A stretch of 64,000 nucleotides of DNA from the human T2T-CHM13v2.0 reference genome, Homo sapiens: NCBI RefSeq assembly GCF_009914755.1, contig NC_060925.1. One strand, written 5' to 3'. The translations under genes were made by a program, and so were the position numbers. The first letter of the stretch is position 1; every line of letters begins with the position of its first letter. Positions 1-14,723 of this stretch are shown piece after piece. The notes below the pieces were generated by a model. The model had not been told where the DNA came from and did no database searches. It saw nothing but the letters and a program-made list of their open reading frames with translations.

Positions 1-147
1 GCACTTGGAAACACATTCTTAAAAGTGGTAAATATAATAAAATGAAGTCATTAGTGTGGACTCTAATCCAATATGACTGGTGTCCTCATAAGGAGAGTTA
101 GGACACAGATGGGTACAGAGGGAAGACCATGTAAAGACACAGGAAAG
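1..147 (+). mobile_element. MLT1B-like MaLR LTR, 5' half
   Basis: ctaatccaatatgactggtgtcctcataagg...gggaagaccatgtaaagacacagg matches the recalled MLT1B/C consensus; stops at the L1MA insertion point. Confidence 0.8.
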
Positions 148-594
148 CACTGCAAAGAAAATAATCAGCAAAATAAAAAAGTAGCTTTTTCCCCCCAATT
201 CTCAATGGGAAAAAAAATTTGCAAACCATTTATCTGATGGGTGGTTAATATCCAAAAATTATAAAGAACACATACAACTCAACAGTATAAAAACAAATAA
301 CCTAATTAAATTGGCAAAGGACCCTAGTAGACATTTCTCCAAGGAAGATTAAAAATGTCCAACAGATGAAAGGGTCCTCAACATCATTAATCATCAGGGA
401 AATGCAAATCAAAATCAAAGATGTCACCTCACATCTGTTGGATTGCTATTATCAAAAAGTCAAAAGATAACAAATGTTGGTGAGGGCGTGGAGACAAAGG
501 AGCCCTGTACACTGTTGGTGGGAATGTAGATTGGTGGAGTCATTGTGAAAAACAGTATTGAGATTTCTAAGCAAACAAAAATAGAACTATCATG
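148..594 (+). mobile_element. Old L1MA/L1MB, ORF2 3' region (partner of 2298-2820)
   Basis: ttgcaaaccatttatctgat..., cagggaaatgcaaatcaaaa, acactgttggtgggaatgta, aaaaatagaactatcatg are diverged L1 ORF2 3' motifs. Confidence 0.85.
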
Positions 595-764
595 TCAGAC
601 ACTGAGAACAATGAGTATAAAAACTTGGAAACATCAGAACAATCCTATCATCAAGGAATGTCTAGAAGGCCATAATGGCTGGCATTTAAAGAAGAAGAGA
701 AATTTGGGCAGGACATAATCATAGGGTTTTGTAAGACATAGTAAAAAATTTGGATTTTACTTAC
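595..764 (-). mobile_element. L2 fragment (partner of 2821-2930)
   Basis: Reverse complement taaaatccaaattttttactatgtcttacaaaaccctatgat...ccagccattatggccttct resembles the L2 3' region. Confidence 0.65.
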
Positions 765-900
765 CGTATTAGTTTGCAGGGGTTGCCATAACAAATTACC
801 ACTGTGGCTTCTACAACAGAAACTTATTTTCTCACAATTATGTGGTTTTTTTTTTCTGAGGCTCTTTCCTTGGCTTGTAGGTGGCCATCTTCTCCCTGAG

Positions 901-902
<2 letters not shown>
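765..902 (-). mobile_element. MLT1B-like LTR, 3' half
   Basis: Reverse complement gactcagggagaagatggccacctacaagccaagg...ttgttatggcaaccctgcaaactaatac is the MLT1 3' end. Confidence 0.8.
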
Positions 903-2820
<1,918 letters not shown>

Positions 2821-2930
2821 TTCCTACAGTAGCTTGTCAGAGTTCTCTCATGTTGATTATCACATTGTTATAAATATTATCTGTTTCCCCTACTAGATTG
2901 TGAGCTTCTAAGGAACAGGACCAGGATTAG
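2821..2930 (+). mobile_element. L2 3' fragment
   Basis: ttatcacattg...ctgtttcccctactagattgtgagcttctaaggaacagg. Confidence 0.65.
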
Positions 2931-4182
2931 GGGTTTGATTGTTAGTTTCCAATATGAGAATATCTTTAGAATTTTGCTCCTGATGGGCACAAGCTAACTG
3001 TCATTAATATTATGGGCTATTAGTGTTATATGATACTTGCATTCTGTTGCTAGGGGATAAAATTCTTTTAAATTCCTGATATTTGTCTGGTTTTAGCGGT
3101 ATTTGATTAGATCAACAATCAGCCCGTATCTCCTTGTATTATAATGAACTGATTTTTTTGTCTTTCCTATTTGATTGGGATATCTTTGAGGGCAAGAATT
3201 ATATCTTCTGCATTTTCAATTAATTTTTAACTGCAACTAGAAATGCTTTATTGCAGTTGAGAGTCTGTTGCTGGGTAGCAGTGTGATGCAATGGGTATGG
3301 GTTGACCTAGTTAGAGATTCTGGGCTCTGGCCGAGAGCAGCCTTTCCCCTGGTTTTTATGTCCAGGCAAATTAGGCCTGACCTAGTCCCTTATCACACAC
3401 TGCATTTATTGTCATTGTAACCTCTCTCTCCCTGACTGAGTCTTAATCCACTGTGGGTGCTGAATACATGCTTTATGAGTGAATAAATGAGTGTGTGTGT
3501 GAATACCTAAAATACCTCTTGTGTTGGTTTTCAAATTTTCTGCCACTGTAGTCTCCTTTGAAATCTAAGCATTATCTAACAAGACCCAAATGAAAATCCG
3601 TTATGTGGGAGAGACATCACTGTCTTTCATTAGCAGGTCAGCAGAAGGTACGTCTTGTAAAGAATGATGCAACTTAGAACAGGTACAATTTGTTATGAGA
3701 GGCGAGGATGGGAGACTAGAAAGGCCCAAACTGGGGGTCCTTCCTCAGGATGCCAGGCTGGAGTGGGCTGCTGGTAGGGTTGGTGACCAGGGAAAAATAT
3801 GAGAATCCTGAGTACTGGAGAAGTTTAGGGTATTACTGAAAGAGAGAGAGTGAAGAGGACAGGAGGGGTTGCTAAAGACTAACCAAGCTTTAAGGTTTCG
3901 CATAGGGAACCCTATTCATCTTGCCCATAGCGAAACTTGTGTCTGTAATGAGATCATGAGTGCAGTGAAAACTTACTGAATTCAAGTCACTTGGTGGTCT
4001 GTGGGAGTCCCAAATGCCTAATTTACTCTCTGTTTTAGGAACTTGTATAAAGAAGGAACAAGATAATTCTGGAAACAAATAAACAAAAAACCAGAAAATA
4101 CCCTCATATCTAATTGTCAGCTTACTGGATACTCATAAACCAAAAACTTATTTGCTTTACTGTGGATGGAGCAGAACTGACA

Positions 4183-4385
4183 AATAATGCTAATACCTTA
4201 CACACAGCACTTCATAGTTTATAAAGTACATTCATGTATATTATTTCAATCTTCCAGTAAAGCAGGTGGGTAAGTTGTTATCCCCCATTTACAGATAGGA
4301 ACACTGAGGCTTGGAGAAGTTATTTGACTTGCAGATGTTTATGTGACTGGTAAATGGTAGAGGTTAAGACCAGAACTCAGGCCCC
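4183..4385 (-). mobile_element. MIR SINE
   Basis: Core motif atcccccatttacagataggaacactgaggcttggagaagt. Confidence 0.8.
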
Positions 4386-4964
4386 CCTGGCTAATCTGTG
4401 TGGTCTTCTGTGCCAACCTTTCTTTTGAAACATTTCCCAGGACAGTGGCTCAGGCTAAGTTGCCCAGGGCCTTCTATTGCCTAGCCATCCTGACCCAAAC
4501 ATTTCCAGAATTACTTACTGCATTCACTTATGACTTTGTCTATATTAGTAATTTAAATAAAGATTGCAAAGGTTTGTCCCGGTAAGAAGTAAGTAAATTA
4601 TCATTTCATTTTTATTTTTCATATCTGGTGATTATGAGTTTTCCTGGCCATAGCCAAGGTTAGGATTTCTATACAATGTCTTAGTTTGGGGACAGAAACA
4701 GATTATAGTTCTGAGAGGCGTTTATGCTGCTTATAGAAACTTGAATTCCTATTGTTATCTTGACCACGTTGTGCCTCTTGGATCTTTGTATTCTGGAAAA
4801 GAGAAGTTACCTATGGAAGTATATAGCACCCTTAGGTTGAAACTTTACTGTTGTCAGCAAGTACTCAAGGATGCTCTACAAATCAGGTGGGTGGCCCTCA
4901 GCATGGCCTCAGCATGGGATCAGCTCTGCTTACTTCAAGTAATTAATATTATTATTACTACTAA

Positions 4965-5130
4965 TTAATAATAATGGGTATTACTTATTGAACCCCATCT
5001 CTGTGCCAGGCATAGTGCTACTGTATATACAATAACTCCAATTCTGAAACCGTCATATAAAGTAGACATTGTGATCTCCATTTTATTGGTAATGGCCTCA
5101 GAAAGGCTAAGTAACTTATGCAAGTCCTAA
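4965..5130 (-). mobile_element. MIR SINE
   Basis: acttattgaac...tgtgccaggcatagtgcta...ctccattttattgg...ctcagaaaggctaagtaactt. Confidence 0.7.
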
Positions 5131-6699
5131 AATTCAGTCAGTCAAAACCTGGTCAGTTTCATTCTTGTATTTGAAATGTTAGTAATGTATAATTCTATAA
5201 AAAGTTTTAAAAATATACAGAATTTTATTAATTCTTCTTGTACCCCATGATTGATAACTTAAACACCATTCCCAGTGAATGTGCCTAATTATGGGGCCTT
5301 TATGAGTATGTGATTCTTTCCCAGGCTTTCTGCTTTGGGGGTTGTAGGCACATGTGGTGGCCAGAGCCCGGAGCAATTCTTTGGCAGAGGCTAACTTTGG
5401 TGGGGACAAAACAGAACTACCCTGTGCAGCCTGGACCTTAAAAGAAGCCCTTTGAGCACCCCATTTTAGTTGGCTGAACTTTTCATTTCCTTTATCACTT
5501 CTGGATCAATGAGCTGAAAGTGTTCTTGTGTGTGCTAAAAGGTAGACTTAGATCCAAAGGATTTATTTGCCTTGGAGCACGCCCTTTAGGAAGGCATATC
5601 CGCTCTTTAGATGAGAGTCTTAGAGTTGTTTACAATAACTGCTAGTCTGCTTTCCTATATGAGTAATTTATCTCAGGAAGTGACTTGAGTCTTCAGAAAT
5701 CTGGCGCAATGCACATCAACACATCTGGGCTTAGGAAAGGTTGTGTTGGCAAGGCAGCCATGGTGGAGTGGACTTGACAAGGAATTAGAAGACTAGGCTT
5801 GGGCCCTAGCTTTACCAGGGAACCAGGTTTATGACTTTCACCTAACCTGTATGCAAGGCCACTTACCTTATTAGTGCCTTGATATCCTTAATTTGAACTT
5901 GCGTATGTAACCAAAGTTTTGGCTCCTAAAATGATGGACCACAAACCCTCTAACATTCTGGAATGACCCTTAAAAAACTTCTAAATGAATTATCTTGATT
6001 TCCTAACCCACACAATGGCATGTCGTTACCAGTATTTTTAAGCACTTTTTTTCTTGGTGGACAGAATGGGAGAGCTTAGGTTTCTCCTGATGCAGGTTAC
6101 GATGAAGCCTCCTTCTCTCTTGCTCCTCTTTCGAAATTTTCTAAAACCTCACTAGCGCCAAATAGCTGTGCATAGCAGACATATTTTCATGAAATGTTTG
6201 AGGGTAATGGAGAGTGTGCATGGGGTTGTTACATTTCAATACAGAGAGAAGTAAACAGCTTAAAATTGAATATTAAACATCATTATGTTCAAAGTCTCTA
6301 GCCAGCTCCACCTCTGGTGCCTTCTGAGGTCCCTGCCCCAGCTCTGTGGCTCAGGTTACTTCTTTCTCCCAGAATCTTCTTCTTTATCCTACATCAGAGT
6401 ATCCCAGATCTGTGTCTTCCCTACCTTGTGGGGAATACAAAATACTTTTGTCAATTTATTGTAAAGGCCAATTTAAGTCTTCTCTTTTTATACCTCTGCC
6501 TTCTAGGGTATGTTCAAGGTGGGGTGCCATGTGGGGTCTACCTTTAATAACCAGACAAGTTTGTTAATATGTTTTTCCCAAGGGAGAAAGAGCCTACTAT
6601 GTGGAAGAAGTGGGGTTTTTTTTTTTGTTGTTGTTGTTGGTTTGATTTCACAGCAATTGGTCTACTCTATGAAGATATTTACCTTGGTTGCCTCACAGT

Positions 6700-7245
6700 C
6701 GGTGCTCCACGCAGTAGGCAGAGGGACTATTCTCAATGCAAGTGAGGTTGTGTCTCCTCCTTTTCTTAAAACTTTTAATAGCTCAGAGTAAAATTCCAAG
6801 TTTCTTATGTGGCCTTCAGGGCCCTAACTGCTGCTGCTTTGTTTCCCCATCTGACCTGTGACCTGCCATAACCCTTCCCTCACTATATTTCAGCCACAGT
6901 GGCTTCTTGGGACCCACCAAGCTCCTTACCACCTCAGGGCCTTTGCATTTCCCTCAGGTAGCCTGTAACTTCTCTCACTTCCTACAGGTCTCTGCTCAAA
7001 TGTCTTGGAATCAGGGAGACCTTCTGTGACCACTCTGTAAAATTGTACCTCTCCACTGTTCTTTGTACTAACATATTATTAATCATTGGTATAATTACAT
7101 GTTCATTTTTTGTCTCCCCACACTAGAATGAAAGCTTATGGGACTAGAATTTACTTTTTCCTGACTTACTGCTCTTTTCACATATCCTATAACAGTACCT
7201 TGCATATAATAAGTCTTGATACATTATCTGTTGGATGAATGAATG
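6700..7245 (+). mobile_element. L2a 3' end
   Basis: cctcagggcctttgca, tctgctcaaatgtc, tgtctccccacactagaatg and terminal tgttggatgaatgaatg. Confidence 0.85.
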
Positions 7246-7297
7246 TATGCATCCAACAGATATTTCTTGAGCACCTACGTGTGCCAGAGTCTGTGAT
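7246..7297 (-). mobile_element. L2 terminal fragment, tail-to-tail with the previous L2
   Basis: catccaacagatatttcttgagcacctacgtgtgccag. Confidence 0.7.
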
Positions 7298-7484
7298 TTC
7301 AATCTCTGCAGGTTATATTGTGAGAATTAGTTATGCAAAGATCCTTTCTTAAAAGCAGAATGTTGCTCAGACGTGGGGGTGTGTTTAAAAAAAAAAAAGC
7401 AGAGTGCCCCCCAAGGGTAAAGCATTCTTACTTCACTTTCCCCATTTCCTCTTTATTTTGTCCATGTCTCTAGGTGCTCTGTAT

Positions 7485-7679
7485 CAGGAATTGGTACACT
7501 TTTTCTGTAAAGGGCCAGGTGTAAGTCTTCTAGGTTTTGTGGGCCTTCCCTTCTCTGCCTCAACTACTCAGCTCCACTCAGCTGTTGCAGCACAAAAGCA
7601 GCCATAGGCTGAAGTCAAGGCATGAGCGTGGCTGTGTTCCAACATCTCTGGCTCACAGACCATGGTTTGCTAACCCCTA
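7485..7679 (+). mobile_element. MER58A-like hAT-Charlie MITE
   Basis: ttttctgtaaagggccag...caactactcagctc...gcagccatag...gtttgctaacccct. Confidence 0.8.
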
Positions 7680-8766
7680 TTGGAAAGAATAAAATCTCCT
7701 TCACAAATCAACCCCAAATTAGTTAGAATTAGAGCACAGTGTGACACCCTTCTTGCAGTAATTGACATTTAAGGAGATCCTGAGGGCATAGGTTTCTCTT
7801 AGCAGGAACCAATGACTTGTAGTGGAGTTTGTAGAATCAGCAAAATGTTAGAGGGAAGATCATTTTGAGGCAGAGGGAATTTTCCCAGCTGACCACAAAT
7901 TATATTTGTTATGTTTGAGTAAGGCCCACCCTGTTCCTAAATAAGAGAATGGTCAATCTAAACAGATTTAATACTCAAAACAAATAGGACAACAACTACA
8001 TCATTCTAACTTCCACTAAGTTCAAAGTGGTGTGAAAAGTAAGCAGTGTTTTCATCTTTCATGAATGATCAGATGTATTTCATGAAAGATCAGGTTTTAA
8101 TACATTGTCTAGTGATGATCTGCATCATGGGACAACTTTAGGGCTTCATTTCCCAGGATTGTCATACCTCTCTTAGGAAGTGTGTCTCTAAGTAGCAAGC
8201 TGGACTACCATTCTGGCACTGGGTGGCTGCATCTCTGGTTCAAGTTCCAAATTGTCCTTACGGTTTATTTTTCACGGCTTTATTTGCCAGCAAAAACTGT
8301 TTGGTGAGCCCGGTTGATAACACTGTTCAATTTCAGGATCTGCAGATTGCCTCAAACCTTTGTAGCCATAGGAGAAATTATATTAATTTAATTGTTAGGT
8401 GATAGGCAGTTAGTATGTTCCATATGTTTGCTGTCTTATGCCAAATCTTTTAATGGGAAACACACTGTTATCTGGCAGAGCCAGATCAAATTTTTGGCTA
8501 CTCAGTATATATGTGGATATGTGTAGGGTTTCTTTCTTTTACAAAAAAATGCTAAGGGGAAAAAGAATTGATGAGTCAAAGTATTTCACAAAACTGAGTT
8601 TCCACATATAGGGTACAGAGAAAATGTACCTCATTAGTGAGATGCCGTTGTATTTTGGTGACCAAAATTAGAAACATATTTAAGAAATGTTCCACTGCTT
8701 TTTCAGGATTCCAAGTTCAGTCTGGACTATTTGTTACTTTTTTTTTTCTTAAATTTTTATTCTTCT

Positions 8767-9516
8767 CAATGGGATTGTTTGTTTTTTTTTCTTACTGATT
8801 TGTTTGAGTTCGTTGTAGATTCTGGATATTAGTCCTTTGTCAGATGTATAGATTGTGAAGATTTTCTCCCACTCTGTGAGTTGTCTGTATACTCTGCTGA
8901 CTGGTCCTTTCATCATGCAAAAGCTCTTTAGTTTAATTAGGTTTCAGCTATTTATCTTTGTTTTTATTGCATTTGCTTTTGGGTTCTTGGGCATGAAATC
9001 CTTGCCTAAGCCAATGTCTAGAAGGGTTTCCAATGTTACCTTCTAGAATTTTTATATTTTCAGGTCTTGGGTTTAAATCCTTAATCCATCTCGAGTTGAT
9101 TTTTGTATAAGGTTAGAGAGGAGGATTCGTTTTTTTTTTTTTTCTTGCATGTGGCTTGCTAATTATCCGAGCACCATTTGTTGAAAAGGGTGTCCTTTTC
9201 CCACTTTATGTTTTTGTTTGCTTTGTTGAAGATCAGTTGGCTGTAAGTATTTGGGATTATTTATGGGTTCTCTATTCTGTTCCATTGGTCAATGTACCTA
9301 TTTTTATACCAGTACCATGCTGTTTTGGTGACTATGGCTTATAGTATAGTTTGAAATCAGGTAGTGTGATGCCTGCAGATTCATTCTTTTTGCTTAGTCT
9401 TGCTTGGGCTATGCAGGCTCTTTTTTGGTTCCATATTAATTTTAGAATTTTTTTTATACTTCTGTGAAGAATGATGGTGGTATTTTGATAGGGATTGCAT
9501 TGAATTTGTAAATTGC
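8767..9516 (-). mobile_element. L1PB-like ORF2 fragment without 3'UTR or poly(A), with perfect 16-bp TSD
   Basis: L1 ORF2 antisense sequence; aaatttttattcttct at 8751-8766 and 9517-9532. Confidence 0.9.
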
Positions 9517-11213
9517 AAATTTTTATTCTTCTTGAGAGATAATCAACTTTTAATATGATGTCTTTCAATGAAACTTTGAACAATAATGTTAAAGATTTGT
9601 TTTTTAAAAATTAATACAGAATGAATTTTCTTATTATAAAGCTGAATGAAAATACAGTTTAGAAGCACACATTTGGTTAAGAAGCAAGGACACTAGAAGG
9701 GATGTACCAGAAAAGAAAATTTATTTTGGAACATTGTCCTATCCGTCAGAGGAAAAAAACTGCGGGAAGGTAGAGAGGATATTTTGTGCAAAGAAATTAC
9801 TTTCTTAGCTTAAATAAAATTAGCAAACATTATTCCAAGGAGTTATATAGGGTTGTCTGTTGGCCTGATCTTTTTTCTTTGGCTTGTTGTATTAGTTTGT
9901 AATAGTAAGTTAGTTTGTAGTTGTAAATGTTTCTGAGAAGAAAACACTTTCAATTTTATTTCTCAGGAAAGACATTTCTGTGCATTTCTAATCATGAGAT
10001 TACAAATATATAAACTTCAAATGGGAGTTTACCTGTCAAACTGATTCACGCACCACATTTCAAATCATTTTTACTTCTTTCTCTTCTGCTCTTCCTTCTT
10101 TACATCCTCTTTCCTTTCCCTCATCCTCTCTTTCTCTTCCTCCTTCTCCTGTTCCTCTCTTTTTGCTTGAATCTGTTATGAAAAAATAGCAACATTAGAC
10201 CAATATTTAGTTTTAGAATGAGATTTTAATATAACTAGACAATTCACATAGAGTGGACATTAAATGCAAAGCCAGATAGTTCAGTTAACTTGAATACATG
10301 CCCTTCCTATTTCTGGAACAAGATTTATTACGTAAAACCCTGATTGTTTTTCCCTTTTACATCCAAGTTAGCTCTATTATGTTAGTATCTGCAGATGGGT
10401 TTAATTTGAGTACTTTTTCACTTTCGACCACCTCATGATTTTTCCTGGGAGCCAACAATGACAGTGATCTCATGGAAGAGATTGCATAAATGCTACTCAT
10501 TAGGGTTATTTAAGAACTCAAATAGATATTTCCAGTTGCTTATAAAACTATAAAATAAGCAATAATTAAACATGATAAAAAACTCTGCCAAATCTCTTTT
10601 CCATATCATGGGATATTACGATAAGAGCTAATCATATGTTTTGATTAATAGCTGGAATTTAAATTTTAGGGCAGATTATTTTTTAACCAAGTCTTACCTT
10701 CAAATTATATGTATTTTCAACAACATATTCATTTTCATTCTGATTTAGAGACTTAACACCATTTTCATTTTTATTATTTAATTTGCTTATCAGGCCAAAC
10801 TTTGAGACATATTGTCCCTGGTTTTCTGAACTAGCAGCCCCCAAGGGTTAATTCAATCACTTGGCTAGGGCAAGTGAAATCAGAGCTGGAAACCAGATGG
10901 GACTGATACTCAAATGTGACTACTAGGTTGTGACTTTGAGTATATATTGTGTTTTGTCTGTTTTATTTTAGAATGAATGTGAGGTGGTTGCTTCTCTAGT
11001 CTAGATTTAATCTAATGAAAACATTTGAAATAGCTAAAATATTGCATTCCTATGATGGACAATTACTTAATATGTTACTAAAAGTTACAATGAAAAAAAG
11101 CTGATATAGCATCTTGTTTTCTTAAAACAAAGAAAAATAACTTCAGTCAAAACTTTCCACATTGAAAACTATTTGTTGAGTCATGTTGTTGATATGAAGT
11201 TTGAAGACACCCA

Positions 11214-11612
11214 TGTTAGACGTTACGGCATCTGATTCTTACCCTCTCCCTCTGATCTTACAGGAGGGACAGTTCTCTGCTCCACTGAAGCTAGGTATGG
11301 CCATGTGACCCATGTTGCCAGTGAAACAGGAGGAGAAGGGACATCTGGGTGGAAACATTTAAGAGTCAAGTGTATTTCTCCATACTCTCTTTCTTTGGCT
11401 TTGGCAGTGATGAAGGTACGTGTTGAGACAGAGATGCCATTAAACTGAAGCAGCTGAGAATGCCCAGCCAACATATGGAGGACAGCTGCCCTGGAGAGCA
11501 TCCTGGGCCAGTGCTGACTCTGCTTGAGCAAGAAATACACTTCTGTTTTTTACATCCCTGAAATCTTGGAATTATTTGTTACTGTAGCAACCTATCTAAA
11601 CTGACCAATTCA
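11214..11612 (+). mobile_element. MLT1I/J-like MaLR solo LTR
   Basis: ggccatgtgacc...tgagcaagaaatacacttctg...tttgttactgtagca. Confidence 0.7.
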
Positions 11613-11875
11613 AGATGAAACTGAATATATTGAGTTAACATGGCTTATTTAATTTCTGAAAGGTTTCCATGGGGCCATGTAATGCTATTATTCCCCCAAC
11701 TTTTTCTTAACATGCTCTTTTCCTCCTGCAGCACCCCCAAAATCAATATTTTTGAATAGTGTGACCATAATATCAGAGTTATTGAATAACAAATTTGTAG
11801 AGAGTCTGGAATCATGAAGGACAAGTTGTTCAAAATCTCTTTTAAATTGTTCTTTCAATAAGGTCAATCCAATTA

Positions 11876-14612
11876 CAGTTGATTCTTGAACAACAGAGGT
11901 TTGAACTGTGTGGGTCAACCTATACGTGGATTTTCTTCTGCCTCTGCCACCTCTGAGACAGCAAGACCAATCCTTCCTTTTCCTCCTTCTCCTCAGCCTA
12001 TACAATGTAAAAATGACAAGGATGAAGACCTTTATGATGATTCACGTCCACTTAATGAACAGTAAATATATTTTCTCTTCCTTATGATTTTCTTAATAAC
12101 ATTTTCTTTTCTCTACTTGTTTTATTCTAAGCATACAGTATATAATACATATATGATATGGTTTGGCTGTGTCCCCATTCAAATTTCAACTTGAATTGTA
12201 TCTCCCAGAATTCCCACCTGTTGTGGGAGGGACCCAAGGGGAGGTAATTGAATCAGGGGGCCAGCTTTTCCCTGCTATTCTCCTGATAGTGAATAAGTCT
12301 CATGAGATCTGGTGGGTTTATCATGAGTTTCCACTTTGCTTCTTCCTCATTTTCTCCTGCTGCTGTGATGTAAGACGTACCTTTCACTTCCCACCATGAT
12401 TCTGAGGCCTCCCGAGCCATGTGGAACTGTAAGTGCAATTAAACCTCTTTTTCTTCCCAGTCTTGGGTATGTCTTTATCAGCAGTGTGAAAATGGACTAA
12501 TACAGTAAATAGGTACCAGTAGAGTGGGGCATTGCTGAAAAGATATCTGAAAATGTGGAAGCAACTTTTGAACTGGGTAACAGGCAGAGGTTGGAAGAGT
12601 TTGGAGGGCTCAGAAGAAGACAGGAAAATGTGGGAAAGTTTGGAACTTCTAGAGATTTGTTGAATGGCTTTGACAAAAATGCTGATAGTGATATGAAAAA
12701 TAAGGTCCAGGCTGAGGTGGTCTCAGATGGAGATGAGGAACTTGTTGAGAACTGGAGTAAAGGTGACTCTTGTTATGTTTTAGCAAAGAGACTGGTGGAA
12801 TTTTGCCCTGCCCTAGAAATTTGTGGAACTTTGAACTTGAGAAAGATGATTTAGGGTATCCGGTGGAAGACATTTCTAAGTGGAAAAGCATTCAAGAGGT
12901 GACTTGGGTACTGTTAAAAGAATTACATTTTAAAAGGGAAACAGAGCATAAAATTACAGAAAATTTGCAGCCTGATGATGCAGTAGAAAAGAAAAACCCA
13001 TTTTTTGAGGAGAAATTCAAGCTGGCTGCAGAAATTTGCATAAGAAGCAAGGAGCCTAATGTTAATCTCCAAGACCATGGGGAAAATGTCTCCAGGCGGT
13101 GTCAGAGACCTTCATGGGAGCCCCTCCCATTATGGGCCTTGAGGCCCAGGAGGAAAAAGTGGTTTCATGGGCTGGGCCCAGGGTCCCTGTGCTGTGTGCA
13201 GCCTAGGGACTTGATGCTCTGTGCTTCAGCTGCTCCAGCCATGCTGAAAGGGGCTGATGTACAGATTGGACTGTGGCTTCAGAGGGTAGAAGGCGCAAAC
13301 CTTGACAGCTTCCATGTGGTGTTGAGCCTGCGGGTGCACAGAAGTCAAGAACTGATGTTTGGGAACCTCTGCTTAGATTTCAGAAGATGTATGGAAATGC
13401 CTGGGTGCCCAGGCAAAAGTTTGCTTCAGGGGTGGGGCCCTCATGAAGAACCTCTGCTAGGGCAGTGCAGAAAGGAAATGTGGGGTCAGAGCCCCCATAC
13501 AGAGTCCCTACTGGGGCACTCCCTAGTGGAGCTGTGAGAAGAGGCCCACCATCCTCCAGACCCCAGAATAGTAGATCCAATGACAGCTTGCACTGTGTGT
13601 ACTGTGTGCACTGTGTGCCTGGAAAAGCTGAAGACACTCAACGCCAGCCTGTGAAAGCACCTGGGAGGGAAGCTGTACCCCACAAAGCCACAGGGGCGGA
13701 GATGCCTAAGACCATGGGAACCCACCTATTGCATCAGCATGACCTGGATGTGAGACCTGGACTCAAAGGAGATCATTTTGGAGCTTTAAAATTTGACTGC
13801 CTCGCTGGGTTTTGGACTTGCATGGGCCCTGTAACCCCTTTAGTTTGGCCAATTTCTCCCATTTGGAACAGCTGTATTTACCCAATGTCTGTACCCCCCA
13901 TTGTATCTAGGAAGTAACTAGCTTGCTTTTGATTTTACAGGCTCATAGGTGGAAGGGACTTGCCTTGTCTCAGATGAGACTTTGGATTGTGGACTTTTGG
14001 GTTAATGCTGAAATGAGTTAAGACTTTGGGGTCTGTTGGGAAGGCATAATTGGTTTTGAAATATGAGGACATGAGACTTGGAGGGGCCAGGGGCGGAATG
14101 ATGTGGTTTGGCTGTATCCTCATCTCAACTTGAATTTTGTCTCCTAGAATTCCCATGTGTTGTGGGAGGGACCCAGGGAGAGGCAATTGAATCATGGGGG
14201 CCAGTCTTTCCCCTGCTATTCTCATGATAGTGAATAAATCTCGTGAGATCTGATGGGTTTATCAGGGGTTTCCACTTTTGCTTCTTCCTCATTTTCTTTT
14301 TCTGCCACAATGTAAGAAGTGCCTTTAGCCTCCTGCCATGATTCTGAGGCCTCTCCAGCCATGTGGAACTGTAAGTCCAATTAAATCTCTTTTTCTTCCC
14401 AGTCTCAGGTATGTCTTTATCAGCAGTGTGAAACTAATACAGTATATAATATACAAAATATGTGTTAATTGACTGTTTATGTTATTGGGAAGGCTTCTGG
14501 TCAACAGTAGGCTATTGGTAGTTAAATTTTTGGGAAGTCAAAAGTTATATGTGGATTTTTGACTGCATGGGGGTTGATGCCCCTAACTTCTGCATTCTTC
14601 AAGGGTCAACTG
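11876..14612 (+). mobile_element. Tigger2a (MER28)-like DNA transposon, interrupted by THE1A
   Basis: Terminal inverted repeats cagttgattcttgaa / ttcaagggtcaactg with TA on both sides (11874-11875, 14613-14614). Confidence 0.85.
12154..14441 (+). mobile_element. Full-length THE1A MaLR: LTR 12154-12504, internal 12505-14098, LTR 14099-14441
   Basis: Two homologous tgat...taataca LTRs, purine tract before the 3' LTR, degenerate internal ORF pieces, 5-bp TSD atata/gtata. Confidence 0.93.
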
Positions 14613-14723
14613 TAGTTTACTTTTTGAGAGTTAAAAAATTATCTAATCAACTTATAAATCACCAATCACATCTTGCCATTAATTATCAACAATCTCCTTT
14701 AAGATAAAGTATATATGCCAATG

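Noticed and set aside
8054-8090. 12-bp inverted repeat around two ttcatgaa palindromes
   Set aside because: Explained by a short duplication of a palindromic core; no functional support
12770-13917. 255-aa and 150-aa ORFs
   Set aside because: Frameshifted THE1 internal sequence, not a host gene
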